In this document: piece after piece, positions 14,301-25,800 of the stretch | Numbering within the stretch: position 1 is the stretch's first letter | Layout of the letters: each line of letters begins with the position of its first letter | NCBI GenBank assembly: GCA_032718475.1 | Contig: JAUCBJ010007063.1 | Location: forward strand, 1 to 64,000 | Direction: 5' to 3' | Length of the DNA: 64,000 nucleotides | DNA from: Nemertoderma westbladi | Lineage: Eukaryota; Animalia; Xenacoelomorpha | Program-made: the position numbers and the translations under genes | The notes under the pieces: generated by a model | Seen by the model: only the letters and a program-made list of their open reading frames with translations | What the model was told of the DNA's origin: nothing | Databases searched by the model: none

Positions 14301-16543
14301 CAAGAACTTCTGGATTTATAACTACTACATCTACATTCACATCATGGGTAGACCATGTTTCGCGAATACCAAATATATCATAATCATCTTTCAGAAAGAC
14401 ATTGTTGATGAAATCAGGTGGAAGATCTGAGTCTGTTGCAGTTGCTTGGTAAACTAAAAATCCATATGTGCTATCTTCAGGTACATTATTAAGGGTCCCA
14501 CCAGTCCAGGTTGGAGGACCGTCATCTCTGGGAAGTAATGAAATGTAGGATTTTACTAAGACATAATTATTATTGTTTGACGTTTCCTTGACTACAATGA
14601 CATCTGTAAATGACATCACTCCTAAGTCCCAGTCCATAGCAGCAGCAACAACTCCAGTTTTGACGATCATTTCATTTGAGTTACTCCCTCCAAGCTGAAA
14701 CTGGGTTCCCCCAGTTGGAATAGTTAATGTGTAGGTCCATTGAGCACCTTCGCTGCATGGTATTTTGCCATTTGTCACAATAGTGCCATCTCCAGAATCT
14801 TCTGGAAGGTATCCATACACACTAAATGTGCTACATGTTGGCAAGGTTTCCAGTTCATTTGTAATAGTAATAGATATAATTTTCTCAACAGACTTTTCTC
14901 CATCTGAGAGAAGTACCTTTAGTGGTATAGGATTTACTGACAAGTCTTCAGCCACTATAGGTTTCTTCAAAGTTATTTGCCCAGATATTTCATTAATTGC
15001 AAAGAATGCCGTGGGATCACCACCAATAATTCTAAATGTTAACTCCTTTAAACCAAAACCTCCATTGTCATTATCTGATACAATGGTGTTCATTGCCGAA
15101 ACTATTTCATCACCAACAGTCTTTGCATGTTCCCCTATCGTAGGATTAGAAGGGGATGAAGTAAAAGATGGTATGAATTCATTATATGGAACAACTTCAA
15201 CTACAACGTTAGTCTGGGCTGTGTTGACAGTATCGGAAACTTGAACAACTAAGGTGTAGGTTGTGGGATTTGGAGAGGGATCATCAATATCCAATGGTAC
15301 ACTGGTTCGCAATACACCCGCAGTGGTAACTTCGAAATTAGACTTACCAGTTCCAGTTGTGGTATATGTCAATGTTCCTGGGGTTATATCGAGGTCTGTT
15401 ACTTTTAGATCAATGATATCTGTTATGAGACCTTCTCGTACTGTTCCATAGTAATAGTTCAGTTGAAAAGCTGGTGCATTATCATTTTTATCATTTAAAT
15501 TGACATTGGCAGATACAGAAGCGCTTTGATCCCCAGTGGGATTGTGACAAGTCAATGTAAGTGTGTAAGAATCAATTGTTTCTCTATCTAATGGGGCTGT
15601 AGTTGAAACCTTTCCGGTGTTATAATTTATTGAGAATTGGTCATTGCCAGCAGCAGGATCCGATGTAAGTGTCCAGTATATTTCCTTGTGTGGGGTGTAA
15701 AGGTCTGCATCAGAACAAGAAGGATTCCATGAAAGGACAGTACCAATAATGGTATCCTCATCTATTGCAACATCAGTTAGAGCAGTTGGTATGGGGGTAT
15801 TATCATTAATTGGTGCAACCACAATGTTAAGAGTAGCTGTACTTGTGAGACCTCCATCAGACACCTGGATGGTTAAATCGTAATGGAAATTTTTGGCTGA
15901 CAACTTATCATAGTCAAGCCCTGTCCGAGTAATTATCTCTGAGCCTGATATATCAAATTTGGTATCTGGAGGTATGTCATCTCCACTAATTATGGTATAG
16001 GTGAGTGGGGATCCCTCGGGATCACTGCATCTGCTATTCATATTAAATATTGTTGTACTTGAAGCCAACAAACTAGATTCGGGAAAGCCCCCCACTGCGG
16101 CAACAATATAGGCAGGAATGCATACAGGAACCTGTGTATTTCCATCTTGCCAAGTTACTTCTAATCTACGTTTATCATCATTTCCATCAGCATCAGTAAC
16201 AGTTATGGTGTATACTTGAACTGTGCCTAATGGTGCAGTAGTTGACACATCTTCCACCAAATATATATTACCACCCACAGGGTCTATTGTCAACCATTGT
16301 TTAGCTGCTGTATCCAAAGCGAAATATGCTTGATCGAATGATCCATATAGTTTCTCATCATCCGTCATCGATATTGCTGGTGTTATTGTAATCTTTGTTC
16401 CAGATAATTGACCTTCGCTAATAGTAGCTTTATATGTATTTCCATCTGATATTCCAAATACTGGTTCCTCGTCAATAATATTTTGTAAACGAATTATCAC
16501 GTTTTTAGTTGAATCAGCTTTCATCCCGGCTTCGTCTTCGACT
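5362..16543 (-). CDS. Giant exon of a very large non-classical cadherin (about 30 EC repeats; Fat/CDH23/CDHR-like)
   Basis: The 3720-aa open frame has recurring cadherin Ca-binding motifs (DxNDNxPxF, LDYE/LDRE, AxDxD, DxG). The splice acceptor TTTTTAACTATTTAG sits at 16544-16558, and the exon starts A|GTC GAA GAC GAA GCC GGG ATG, so the ORF-track Met is internal. The 3' boundary is uncertain: the last ~90 codons may not be genuine and no TM segment is present. Confidence 0.9.
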
Positions 16544-16813
16544 CTAAATAGTTAAAAATTCAAAAAATTATATTAATATTAGAGACATTGCCCTGCATAG
16601 CACACAGCACAATATTTAGTATCTCTATAGTACAGAACAGAAAAGTTGGTTTAAAAAAATAGAGAAAAGAAGGAGCCCTCTTTGAATTTGAGGAATTTTC
16701 ACGAGAATATATCTTAGTTTTGAAAATTAAGTTGAGGGAGAGTCCTTTTTTTTTTCTTTGTTGATTAAAACAAATACAGGAACTAAATCAAAACAATAAA
16801 TCCTACTGGTTTG

Positions 16814-16965
16814 CATAGGTACTAACTCAATGGTGATTGTGTAGTCTGGTCCTGCCTCTGTATCCACACCATTACTATCATAGTAAACTACATAGGTACT
16901 AACTCAATGGTGATTGTGTAGTCTGGTCCTGCCTCTGTATCCACACCATTACTATCATAGTAAAC
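16814..16965. repeat. Perfect 75-bp tandem duplication of the exon 3' end including its splice donor
   Basis: 16814-16888 equals 16891-16965, and the two copies are separated by TA. Confidence 0.9.
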
Positions 16966-17108
16966 CTTTCCAGATGATTTATCTATACGAAATGGAACAC
17001 CGGGAGTTGTAATGGAATAAACCAAAGTTTTCCACGTTGGATCAACAGCATAAATATCGGGATCCGATATAAATTGTGATACATCGAGCAATGCATTACT
17101 AGTATCAC
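16904..17108 (-). CDS. Upstream 205-bp exon of the same cadherin gene
   Basis: Acceptor TTTGTGTTACAG at 17109-17120. Encodes DTSNALLDVSQFISDPD...FRIDKSSGKVY...DTEAGPDYTITI, a partial EC repeat. Donor GA|GTTAGT at 16903. A phase-2 join with the giant exon gives YTITIE-VEDEAG, completing the EC repeat. Confidence 0.85.
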
Positions 17109-17212
17109 CTGTAACACAAACGATAAATCTAATTACTAATTATTATTAAAATTAGATAAATGATAATGATGTGAGTGATAATATTAAACCAATGATATAA
17201 CCGAGGATGCCA

Positions 17213-19368
17213 TATGATGAGTATAGGAAGGTGTGGCCATACAGGGTGTGTAGAGTGAGAGAATGGTGTCGTATGATGAGTATAGGAAGGTGTGGCCATA
17301 CAGGGTGTGTAGAGTGAGAGAATGGTGTGGTATGATGAGTATAGGAAGCTGTGGCCATACAGGGTGTGTAGAGTGAGAGAATGGTGTGGTATGATGAGTA
17401 TAGGAAGGTGTGGCCATACAGGGTGTGTAGAGTGAGAGAATGGCGTGGTATGATGAGTATAGGAAGGTGTGGCTATACAGGGTGTGTAGAGTGAGAGAAT
17501 GGTGTGGTATGATGAGTATAGGAAGGTGTGGCCATACAGGGTGTGTAGAGTGAGAGAATGGCGTGGTATGATGAGTATAGGAAGGTGTGGCCATACAGGG
17601 TGTGTATAGAGTGAGAGAATGGTGTGGTATGATGAGTATAGGAAGGTGTAGCCATACAGGGTGTGTAGAGTGAGAGAATGGCGTGGTATGATGAGTATAG
17701 GAAGGTGTGGCCATACAGGGTGTGTAGAGTGAGAGATTGGCGTGGTATGATGAGTATAGGAAGGTGTGGCCATACAGGGTGTGTAGAGTGAGAGAATGGC
17801 GTGGTATGATGAGTATAGGAAGGTGTGGCCATACAGGGTGTGTAGAGTGAGAGAATGGTGTGCTATGATGAGTATAGGAAGGTGTGGCCATACAGGGTGT
17901 GTAGAGTGAGAGAATGGTGTGGTATGATGAGTATAGGAAGGTGTGGCCATACAGGGTGTGTAGAGTGAGAGAATGGCGTGGTATGATGAGTATAGGAAGG
18001 TGTGGCCATACAGGGTGTGTAGAGTGAGAGAATGGTGTGGTATGATGAGTATAGGAAGATGTGGCCATACAGGGTGTGTAGAGTGAGAGAATGGTGTGGT
18101 ATGATGAGTATAGGAAGGTGTGGCCATACAGGGTGTGTAGAGTGAGATAATGGCGTGGTATGATGAGTATAGGAAGGTGTGGCCATACAGGGTGTGTAGA
18201 GTGAGAGAATGGCGTGGTATGATGAGTATAGGAAGGTGTGGCCATACAGGGTGTGTAGAGTGAGAGAATGGTGTGGTATGATGAGTATAGGAAGGTGTGG
18301 CCATACAGGGTGTGTAGAGTGAGAGAATGGTGTGGTATGATGAGTATAGGAAGCTGTGGCCATACAGGGTGTGTAGAGTGAGAGAATGGCGTGGTATGAT
18401 GAGTATAGGAAGGTGTGGCCATACAGGGTGTATAGAGTGAGAGAATGGCGTGGTATCATGAGTATAGGAAGGTGTGGCCATACAGGGTGTGTAGAGTGAG
18501 AGAATGGTGTGGTATGATGAGTATAGGAAGCTGTGGCCATACAGGGTGTGTAGAGTGAGAGAATGGCGTGGTATGATGAGTATAGGAAGGTGTGGCTATA
18601 CAGGGTGTGTAGAGTGAGAGAATGGCGTGGTATGATGAGTATAGGAAGGTGTGGCCATACAGGGTGTGTAGAGTGAGAGAATGGCGTGGTATGATGAGTA
18701 TAGGAAGGTGTGGCCATACAGGGTGTGTAGAGTGAGAGAATGGTGTGGTATGATGAGTATAGGAAGGTGTGGCCATACAGGGTGTGTAGAGTGAGAGAAT
18801 GGCGTGGTATGATGAGTATAGGAAGGTGTGGCCATACAGGGTGTGTAGAGTGAGAGAATGGCGTGGTATGATGAGTATAGGAAGGTGTGGCCATACAGGG
18901 TGTATAGAGTGAGAGAATGGTGTGGTATGATGAGTATAGGAAGGTGTGGCCATACAGGGTGTGTAGAGTGAGAGAATGGTGTGGTATGATGAGTATAGGA
19001 AGGTGTGGCCATACAGGGTGTGTAGAGTGAGAGAATGGCGTGGTATGATGAGTATAGGAAGGTGTGGCCATACAGGGTGTGTAGAGTGAGAGAATGGCGT
19101 GGTATGATGAGTATAGGAAGGTGTGGCCATACAGGGTGTGTAGAGTGAGAGAATGGCGTGGTATGATGAGTATAGGAAGGTGTGGCCATACAGGGTGTGT
19201 AGAGTGAGAGAATGGTGTGGTATGATGAGTATAGGAAGGTGTGGCCATACAGGGTGTGTAGAGTGAGAGAATGGTGTGGTATGATGAGTATAGGAAGGTG
19301 TGGCCATACAGGGTGTGTAGAGTGAGAGAATGGTGTGGTATGATGAGTATAGGAAGGTGTGGCCATAC
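17213..19368 (+). repeat. 59-bp satellite, left arm (~36 units)
   Basis: Unit CATACAGGGTGTGTAGAGTGAGAGAATGGYGTGGTATGATGAGTATAGGAAGGTGTGGC, in near-identical tandem copies. Confidence 0.98.
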
Positions 19369-20648
19369 TGTAAAAGCTTCTGTGGGATATAACTGGCCCC
19401 TTTGCTTCGCAATCCAGTTTCCCCCTAGGCGCTGGAATACTCTAAAAGGGTTCTCTAACTGTATATATATTCCCCTCGCCCGCAAGGTACCGTTACAGGT
19501 GTTTTTAACGGACATAAAAGTCATTCTTCTATATACGTGTTTTAGCGGACATGGTAAGGCAAAAAACCCGCAATACGGCAAATACTTTTACACAGCTTAG
19601 CCGTGATGATTCAGATTACGACATCTAACAGCTGGTTGCTTAAATGGAAACAGCCATTGGACGCATGGTTCTTTGTTTGGCTTCAGCCAATCAGAGCGAT
19701 TTTCTCTGTCGATGTGGAGCTTTGAGCCGATCATACTGGGAGTGTTCAGTCTTACTGTTTTTTACTGATACTTTGTTGTTATTGCTGTCTAAGCCAGAAA
19801 CACCGGCTCTAGAGTTAATTGTTTTCATACTTTAAAAGAAACATTAGTAGGCTTAAATTATAGAGCGTATGACTGTTATCAGTTCAACTCAGTGCATAAC
19901 AGTGCATATCACTGTACATATCGGTTCATATCATATCTTAACCTACCGTCTTAACGTTTTGCTGTTGTCATATTTTATATCAGTTGATTGAATATTATCT
20001 GGAGAACATTTATAAAGAACCCAAATTTCCCAATTTTCTTGATACACTACAGGTTAGAGAGGCGGGTTATATATATAGCGATTGCGACTTATATTATTGT
20101 GGTGTGTATTGAATTTAATGCTATTTGATAAGCACTACATTGGTCCGTTGCTATTTTCTTTATATATGATAAAATTCATTGACGGTCGGCAAGTTAGTGA
20201 GCAGTATTGTGTGTTACCGGTAGTGTGCATGATTGTGACGGATAACTAAGCATTTCCTAAAGAATGCGCCTCATACGTGAATCTTAAGCCTTACCGACTT
20301 ACCGTTGTGATTAGTGTAAGTCATATCTCTGTTTACCTAGATAGAGCGCCACGTCCTAAAGGAACTGTTAATATTTCCCGAAAGTAAATAATATTAGTCA
20401 GAAATTAATTATTAACGATCAATCGAATAATACAATACAGTAAGCTTCACTGCAATAATAATTTAAGCCCTCAGAATCCAGTCTCCCGGGATTATCCAGC
20501 GGGTGAATGGACGCGCACTAGGCTGGCTTCTGCTAATGTTGTGTTTATTGGTATTAAATATTTGTCATCTTCTAAAGTATATTTATAAACCAAAAGACAT
20601 ATAAATTTTGGCAGGTTAAACTGCTAAAGGTCTTCAAAAGCGCGTACA
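19369..20648 (+). repeat. BEL/Pao 5' LTR
   Basis: TGTAAAAGCTTC...CGCGTACA. By eye it differs from the 3' LTR by one substitution (CCCCTCGCC vs CCCCTTGCC) and one 3-bp indel (TTTGATAAGCAC vs TTTGAGCAC). Confidence 0.97.
19685..19879 (+). promoter_or_regulatory. Candidate LTR promoter: CCAAT box, TATA-like TTTAAAAG and putative start near 19869
   Basis: AGCCAATCAG at ~19685, and TTTAAAAG at 19831-19838, about 30 nt upstream of the 11-mer complementary to the PBS position. The transcription start is inferred. Confidence 0.4.
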
Positions 20649-20659
20649 ATAACAGTCAT
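20649..20659 (+). promoter_or_regulatory. Non-tRNA primer-binding position, complementary to LTR 19869-19879 (candidate self-priming PBS)
   Basis: ATAACAGTCAT directly follows the LTR CA, with no TGG. Its reverse complement ATGACTGTTAT occurs at 19869-19879 and 34702-34712. Confidence 0.65.
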
Positions 20660-20714
20660 TGACTTTATTGCAGTAAGCAATAAAGTTGAAAGTACCGGTC
20701 AACCGGTAAACCTG

Positions 20715-20840
20715 AACCGGTACTTCTGTAGGTCAGTAGGCCCAACTGCCAGAACCGGTACTGCTGTAGGTCCGTAGGTCCAACTGCCAGAACCGGTACT
20801 TCTGTAGGTCCGTAGGCCCAACTGTCCTAACCGGTACTTC
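20715..20840 (+). repeat. ~38-bp tandem repeat (3+ copies) in the BEL leader
   Basis: AACCGGTACTTCTGTAGGTC(A/C)GTAGG(C/T)CCAACTGCCAG repeated. Confidence 0.85.
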
Positions 20841-21009
20841 CAGTATAAGTACATTAGTATTATTCGATTTTGATTATTGTATACTGGTAGGTCTTAGTAT
20901 TTAATCAGGGACTGCAGCCCTGGTTTTTTATTGAGATTTTACTCATTTCTGTCGGTTTTATTTACATGTAAGTTAATATTGAGCTGAAGACGTGTAAGTC
21001 TGCTCAGAT

Positions 21010-21590
21010 TGTTCAGATAATTGTAGGCTGAGCTGCTGTCTGACTGTTGTTGGGTTTGGAGAGATTACGGCGTGTGTAGAGTTTGTCTGATAAAGTGCCG
21101 TTAGTAAGTTGGGGCAGCCATATGCTGTAAGGTCAATCCCCTCTTAAAGAATAAGTCGTACTACCGTGTTAGAACGCATACTAACTAACTATTTCAGAAT
21201 CTGCATATACTGTAGTTTATTTAGGCTTGATCGTAGTCTGCCAGCGTTTTAGCCTGTGTTTGTTTGTGTGGTCTGTTCAGGTACCGTAATAGTTATTACT
21301 CAGATATTTTGTAGGCTGGATTGTTGTCTAGCTATTATTAGGTCTGAAGAGATTGCTGCTTGTGTAGAGTTTGTCTGATAAAGTGCCAGTTAGTAAGTTG
21401 GGGCAGTCATAACTGTAAGGTCAATCCCCTCTTAAAGAATAAGTCGTACTACCGTGTTAGAACGCATACTAACTAACCGTTTTGGAATCTGCACATACAG
21501 TAGTTTATTTAGGCTTGGTGGTAGTCTGCCAGCGTTTGGTTTGTATTTTGTTTGAGTATTCTGTACGGGTAGCGTAATATTTATTATTCA
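21010..21590 (+). repeat. ~288-bp direct duplication in the BEL leader
   Basis: TGTGTAGAGTTTGTCTGATAAAGTGCC at 21073 and 21361. Shared block CTGTAAGGTCAATCCCCTCTTAAAGAATAAGTCGTACTACCGTGTTAGAACGCATACTAACTAAC. Confidence 0.9.
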
Positions 21591-22873
21591 GAGTTTATGC
21601 GATTATTCGCAACATTCATGTCCCCAAGTTTATTCCTACAGTAATTGTGCTTGTTATACATACCGTTATAGTTAAATTAACCCCGGTACTACACGGGCTG
21701 CTTGGCGTAGGACAAGACTGGTGACTTTGTGCTCTGGTCACTCCAGCAGATGCCGTGGTTCTTTTAACTGTTCAAGTATATTTAACTACTGATTATTTGT
21801 TGTACCAGTACTTGTACCTAATTTAGGGTTTAGTGTACAGTGCTTTCCGAGAGTAATTAGTGTGTAGGCAGTATATTTGTGTTGTAAAGTGGTTGATAGG
21901 CACATTCGTTAGCTCTATTAACTTCCAGGTAGGAACACTCCGTGATACATAACGTAGTACCTATAGAGATACGGCTATAGGTCGTCAGGCGGTGGTATTT
22001 TCTTATCTGGACAGTGCAATATATTTACTACTACTTATTATTTTCAAATACCGTAGTACCCTGTCCGTTGTAATAACCAGAAATTCTAACCCTTTGTTAG
22101 ACTGGTTTGTAGACTTCCTGTAAAATTACCCTAAAAATCTCGTACGTAATATTTTGTTGTGTTTAATAAGAGATTTAATCTCACCCATATCGTAAGTAAT
22201 TTGTAGTATTAAGTAACTTAGGTAAATTAGAATTATCAGTTTTAGTGTCCCATAAATAGCACTTCACTGAGAGCGCACAGCTTCTGTGTAGTGACCCCCA
22301 GAAATAATAACATTTATTTCAAATATTGACAAAACCCATTTTAAACGGGTATATAAATATTATAAATCAACTCAAACGATTTATAAATAGTAGGCCTGCC
22401 ATACAACAACTAGGTCTCAATATCAGTTGGACTACTGCTTAAATAACGGTAATAAAGTAAGTTAAAGTAACCAAGTAACCCTAAAATATTCAGAAATTCA
22501 ATTATTCTAAAATAATTGACATACCGGTGTTTACCATAGGCTTATTATATTTATTTCTATAAATTTGAGCTGAAATCATACCGGTACTCTGTAATTAATT
22601 CTAGTTCATAATTATACTTATATATACTATCAGTGTAAGCTGTATACCGGTATTCACGATAGGCCTATTATATATTTATATATATCTGTGCTAAATTTAT
22701 ATACCGGTACTCTGTGACAAACCTAGTTTACAATACTTATATATACTATAAGTGTATACCAGTATTCTAATATACTGTAATAAATTAACGGTACTAGGCC
22801 AACGGTTATACTGAATTACTAGACTTGCTTTAACTGAAACTATAGCAGTAGACATTCAACTGTATAGCTAAAC

Positions 22874-25800
22874 ATGTCTGACACTCAGCAAAACCTGTCA
22901 GACAGTCTAATCGATACAACCATCTGTGACACAGATAGGAGTGTAGAGCGATTAAGAAAGGAGTTCAGTTCACCTCCTACTGCAAGAAAGGTCATCCCTC
23001 CAGTAGTATCAGACCCTAGGCTAATTCAACACCGTAGGTCTATCATAGGTACTCGAGCCCAAGTCAAACGGAACCAGGAAGCAGCTGTCCCACAGCAGCA
23101 ACAGCCTAGTCAAGAAACTTGTTCCCAGCGATCAGATAGCTCCAGTAGTTCGGATACTGTCGAGCTGACCCCCGAACGCGGAGTGCAGATGGCGGCTACA
23201 GCCTACTCGGACCCCCTTCTCACCCTTCCTGCCGCAGTGCTAACTACTATATTGATTGCGGTGGAGGAACATCAAGCTGATTGGGCGAGAAATAAGCGAG
23301 CGACCCAAGATAATTACGCGGGATACGCCAGGGAGGAATTGATGTCTATTGTCGAGTCACAATGGAACTTTCCCGGACCCGGACTCCCGTTAGATCTGTC
23401 CGAGGCTACTTGGGAAGATATACATAGGATGGGAGTGGCTAAAGATACGATGGATCCAGCTGTTTGGAAGAGGTCGGCAGCAGGATATGTGCAAGGGTTC
23501 TTCGGCTCTTTAGAGCGATTAGAAGAACAACTGTTTCGACAACCCCAAGGACCTCAAGAGCCGGAAGAGCTGCTTTATCAAGTACGCGAAAGAACCCTAC
23601 GTATTAGAATAATCCTATCAGCCTTTGAGGAAACTTCCAAAAGAAGACAGGACACGTCGCTGCAGGTTTCTGTTAAGACTTGGTTCCAGCGAGTAGGTCG
23701 CAAAGTGCAAGAAACGGACCAGTGGAAATCCCAGCTGTCTGAGAGACTAACTTATGAAGAACCAACCGATGCCACCCTTTCTGGAGTGGAAGGCGAAGAG
23801 ACCGCAGAGAGACCACGAACGAGAGACGCCATCGACATTTACCTATCCGACTATCAGCGATTCCTGGGAGACGAAGAGTTGAGGAGACGACTGTCTGGAC
23901 TTTCCCCCAATAGTGAAGGAACCCAGCGTGTGTTAGACTCAATCGATGCTGAGATGTTGGCGGCTAATCAAGCTGAATTTGATGAAAAACTCCGCCTCAC
24001 TAGAGTCCAAGAAGAACTAGTAAAGAAAAAACGGATAGAGGACAAAAAGGCAGTGGCAGCGGCGAAAGCGGCAGCGTCAGTAGAAGAGGCAAAAGCGGCA
24101 GCGGCAGTGGAAGCGGCAAAGGCAGTAGCAGCGGCAAAAGCAGCAGCGGCAGTGGAAAAGGCAGAAGCAAAAGCGGCAGCGGCAGCGAAAGCGGCAGCGG
24201 CAGCGAAAGCGAAAGCGGCAGAGGCAGTAGCAGAAGCAAATGCTGCAGCGACAGTGGAAGCAGCCAAAGCAGCAGCAGCAATAGCATTGGCAGATGCGGA
24301 ACAGAGAGCGTCTGAAGAGACCACCCAACTAGAGTTGGAGAATCTGCAAGAGACGCAAGACAACATAAATAAACAGTTAACTGCTAGTCACATGCAGATG
24401 ATGAGAAAATCTACTCCCAAACGCCAGGGCTATACTTCATCGGAGGAAAGCGAAACCACCGATCCTGAAGGCGGAGGAAATAGATCTCGTCTAAGCAGGC
24501 GTAGAAAAACATCTTACCGTCATAAATTGCCTGATTTGCCTCCAGCTGTTAGAAGACAACTAGCTAACACAGACTTAAGTAGTATAGAACCTACAGACCA
24601 AACTATTCATGTCAAAAGACTACCTACAATAGTTGATGAGCCTGAAATAATTAGGCCTGTCGTTCCCAAAGTCACTTCTGTGCTAGAGACCCCTGTACTT
24701 CCAGAGCTTAACTCTAAATTCCCTTTACACAGTACTACACTGCCTGTACCCAGTGGCACAGTCCATGCGAATATCCCTGTCCTGAGCATTGAGGGAGGAG
24801 TCAAAGATTTGTCTCCCGTCGTCCCGCGTCAGCCCGCTACAATGTTGGCGACTCCCGCTTCGGCGGTTGAGTGGGTAGATGAGGGACGGCGGGGGATGAA
24901 CCTCCTGCTCGGACAGATGCAGGAGACTGTCCACCAGCTTAAGGGAACAGTAAGGGAAGGTAGGGCAGAATTGCAAGAAGTGCAGCAAAGTATCGCGCTG
25001 GAATGCGACAAATTAGTCAATATACAAAAGGGCATACCAATACCCCCTGTAACATTGTGTCAACCTGTTAGGTCTGAAGTATTACATGCGCAAGGTGTGG
25101 AGCCTACACGCATCTATACTGCTAGTGAAGTAGAAACTCCTATAGCCAACCCTATTAAGGGTGATTATAAACCTGTTGTTAATGATATTCCCTATAGACC
25201 TGATAATGATCCGAGAAATTTATATACCGATAATTCGATATTAAATAACACGATGGCCCAAGAAAGCTTTACGCGTCAGATGGCTAGAACAGAAGCCCGC
25301 CAAGCGGTTAAAGTAGGAGAGATCGTCAAATTCAATGGAGACGAAATGAAATGGTTACCTTTCAACGAATATTACAAAGACAGCATACAGAACTCTGTGC
25401 TATCTAACGGAGAGAAACTTAGGTTCCTCATCAAGTGTTTGGAAGGACCTCCTAAGATAATGGCGTTAAAGTTTATTGGACATCCAGATGGATTAAGACA
25501 AGTTTGGGATACATTAAACATCAGGTATGGTAACAAAGATAACATAGCTAAGTATTTGTATGCAAAATTAGTAGCCCCCCGACACTTCCTTAGTAGCGGG
25601 ATTATAGAGTTTTCCGATGAAATTCAGGAAATCTGTAGACAATTGGACTGGTTAGGTAAGTCTCATGAATATCAGAGTTCCATGGTTATTGGAGCCGTAG
25701 TCTCTACTTTACCAAAGGGTGGAGTATGTACACGCTGGGACAAGAAAGTGTTGTACATGAATGAACAACAACGACGAAGTCCTACCATGGCGGATCTCAT

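Noticed and set aside
5568-15451. Short ORFs overlapping the cadherin exon
   Set aside because: They are antisense or alternative-frame shadows of the long coding exon.
19271-19835. Short ORFs in the BEL LTR (repeated at 34178-34668)
   Set aside because: They have no motifs and recur only because the LTRs are duplicates.
21072-21082. GTGTGTAGAGT in the BEL leader matching the 59-bp satellite
   Set aside because: An 11-nt low-complexity match at an unconstrained position is not enough to claim a targeting guide.
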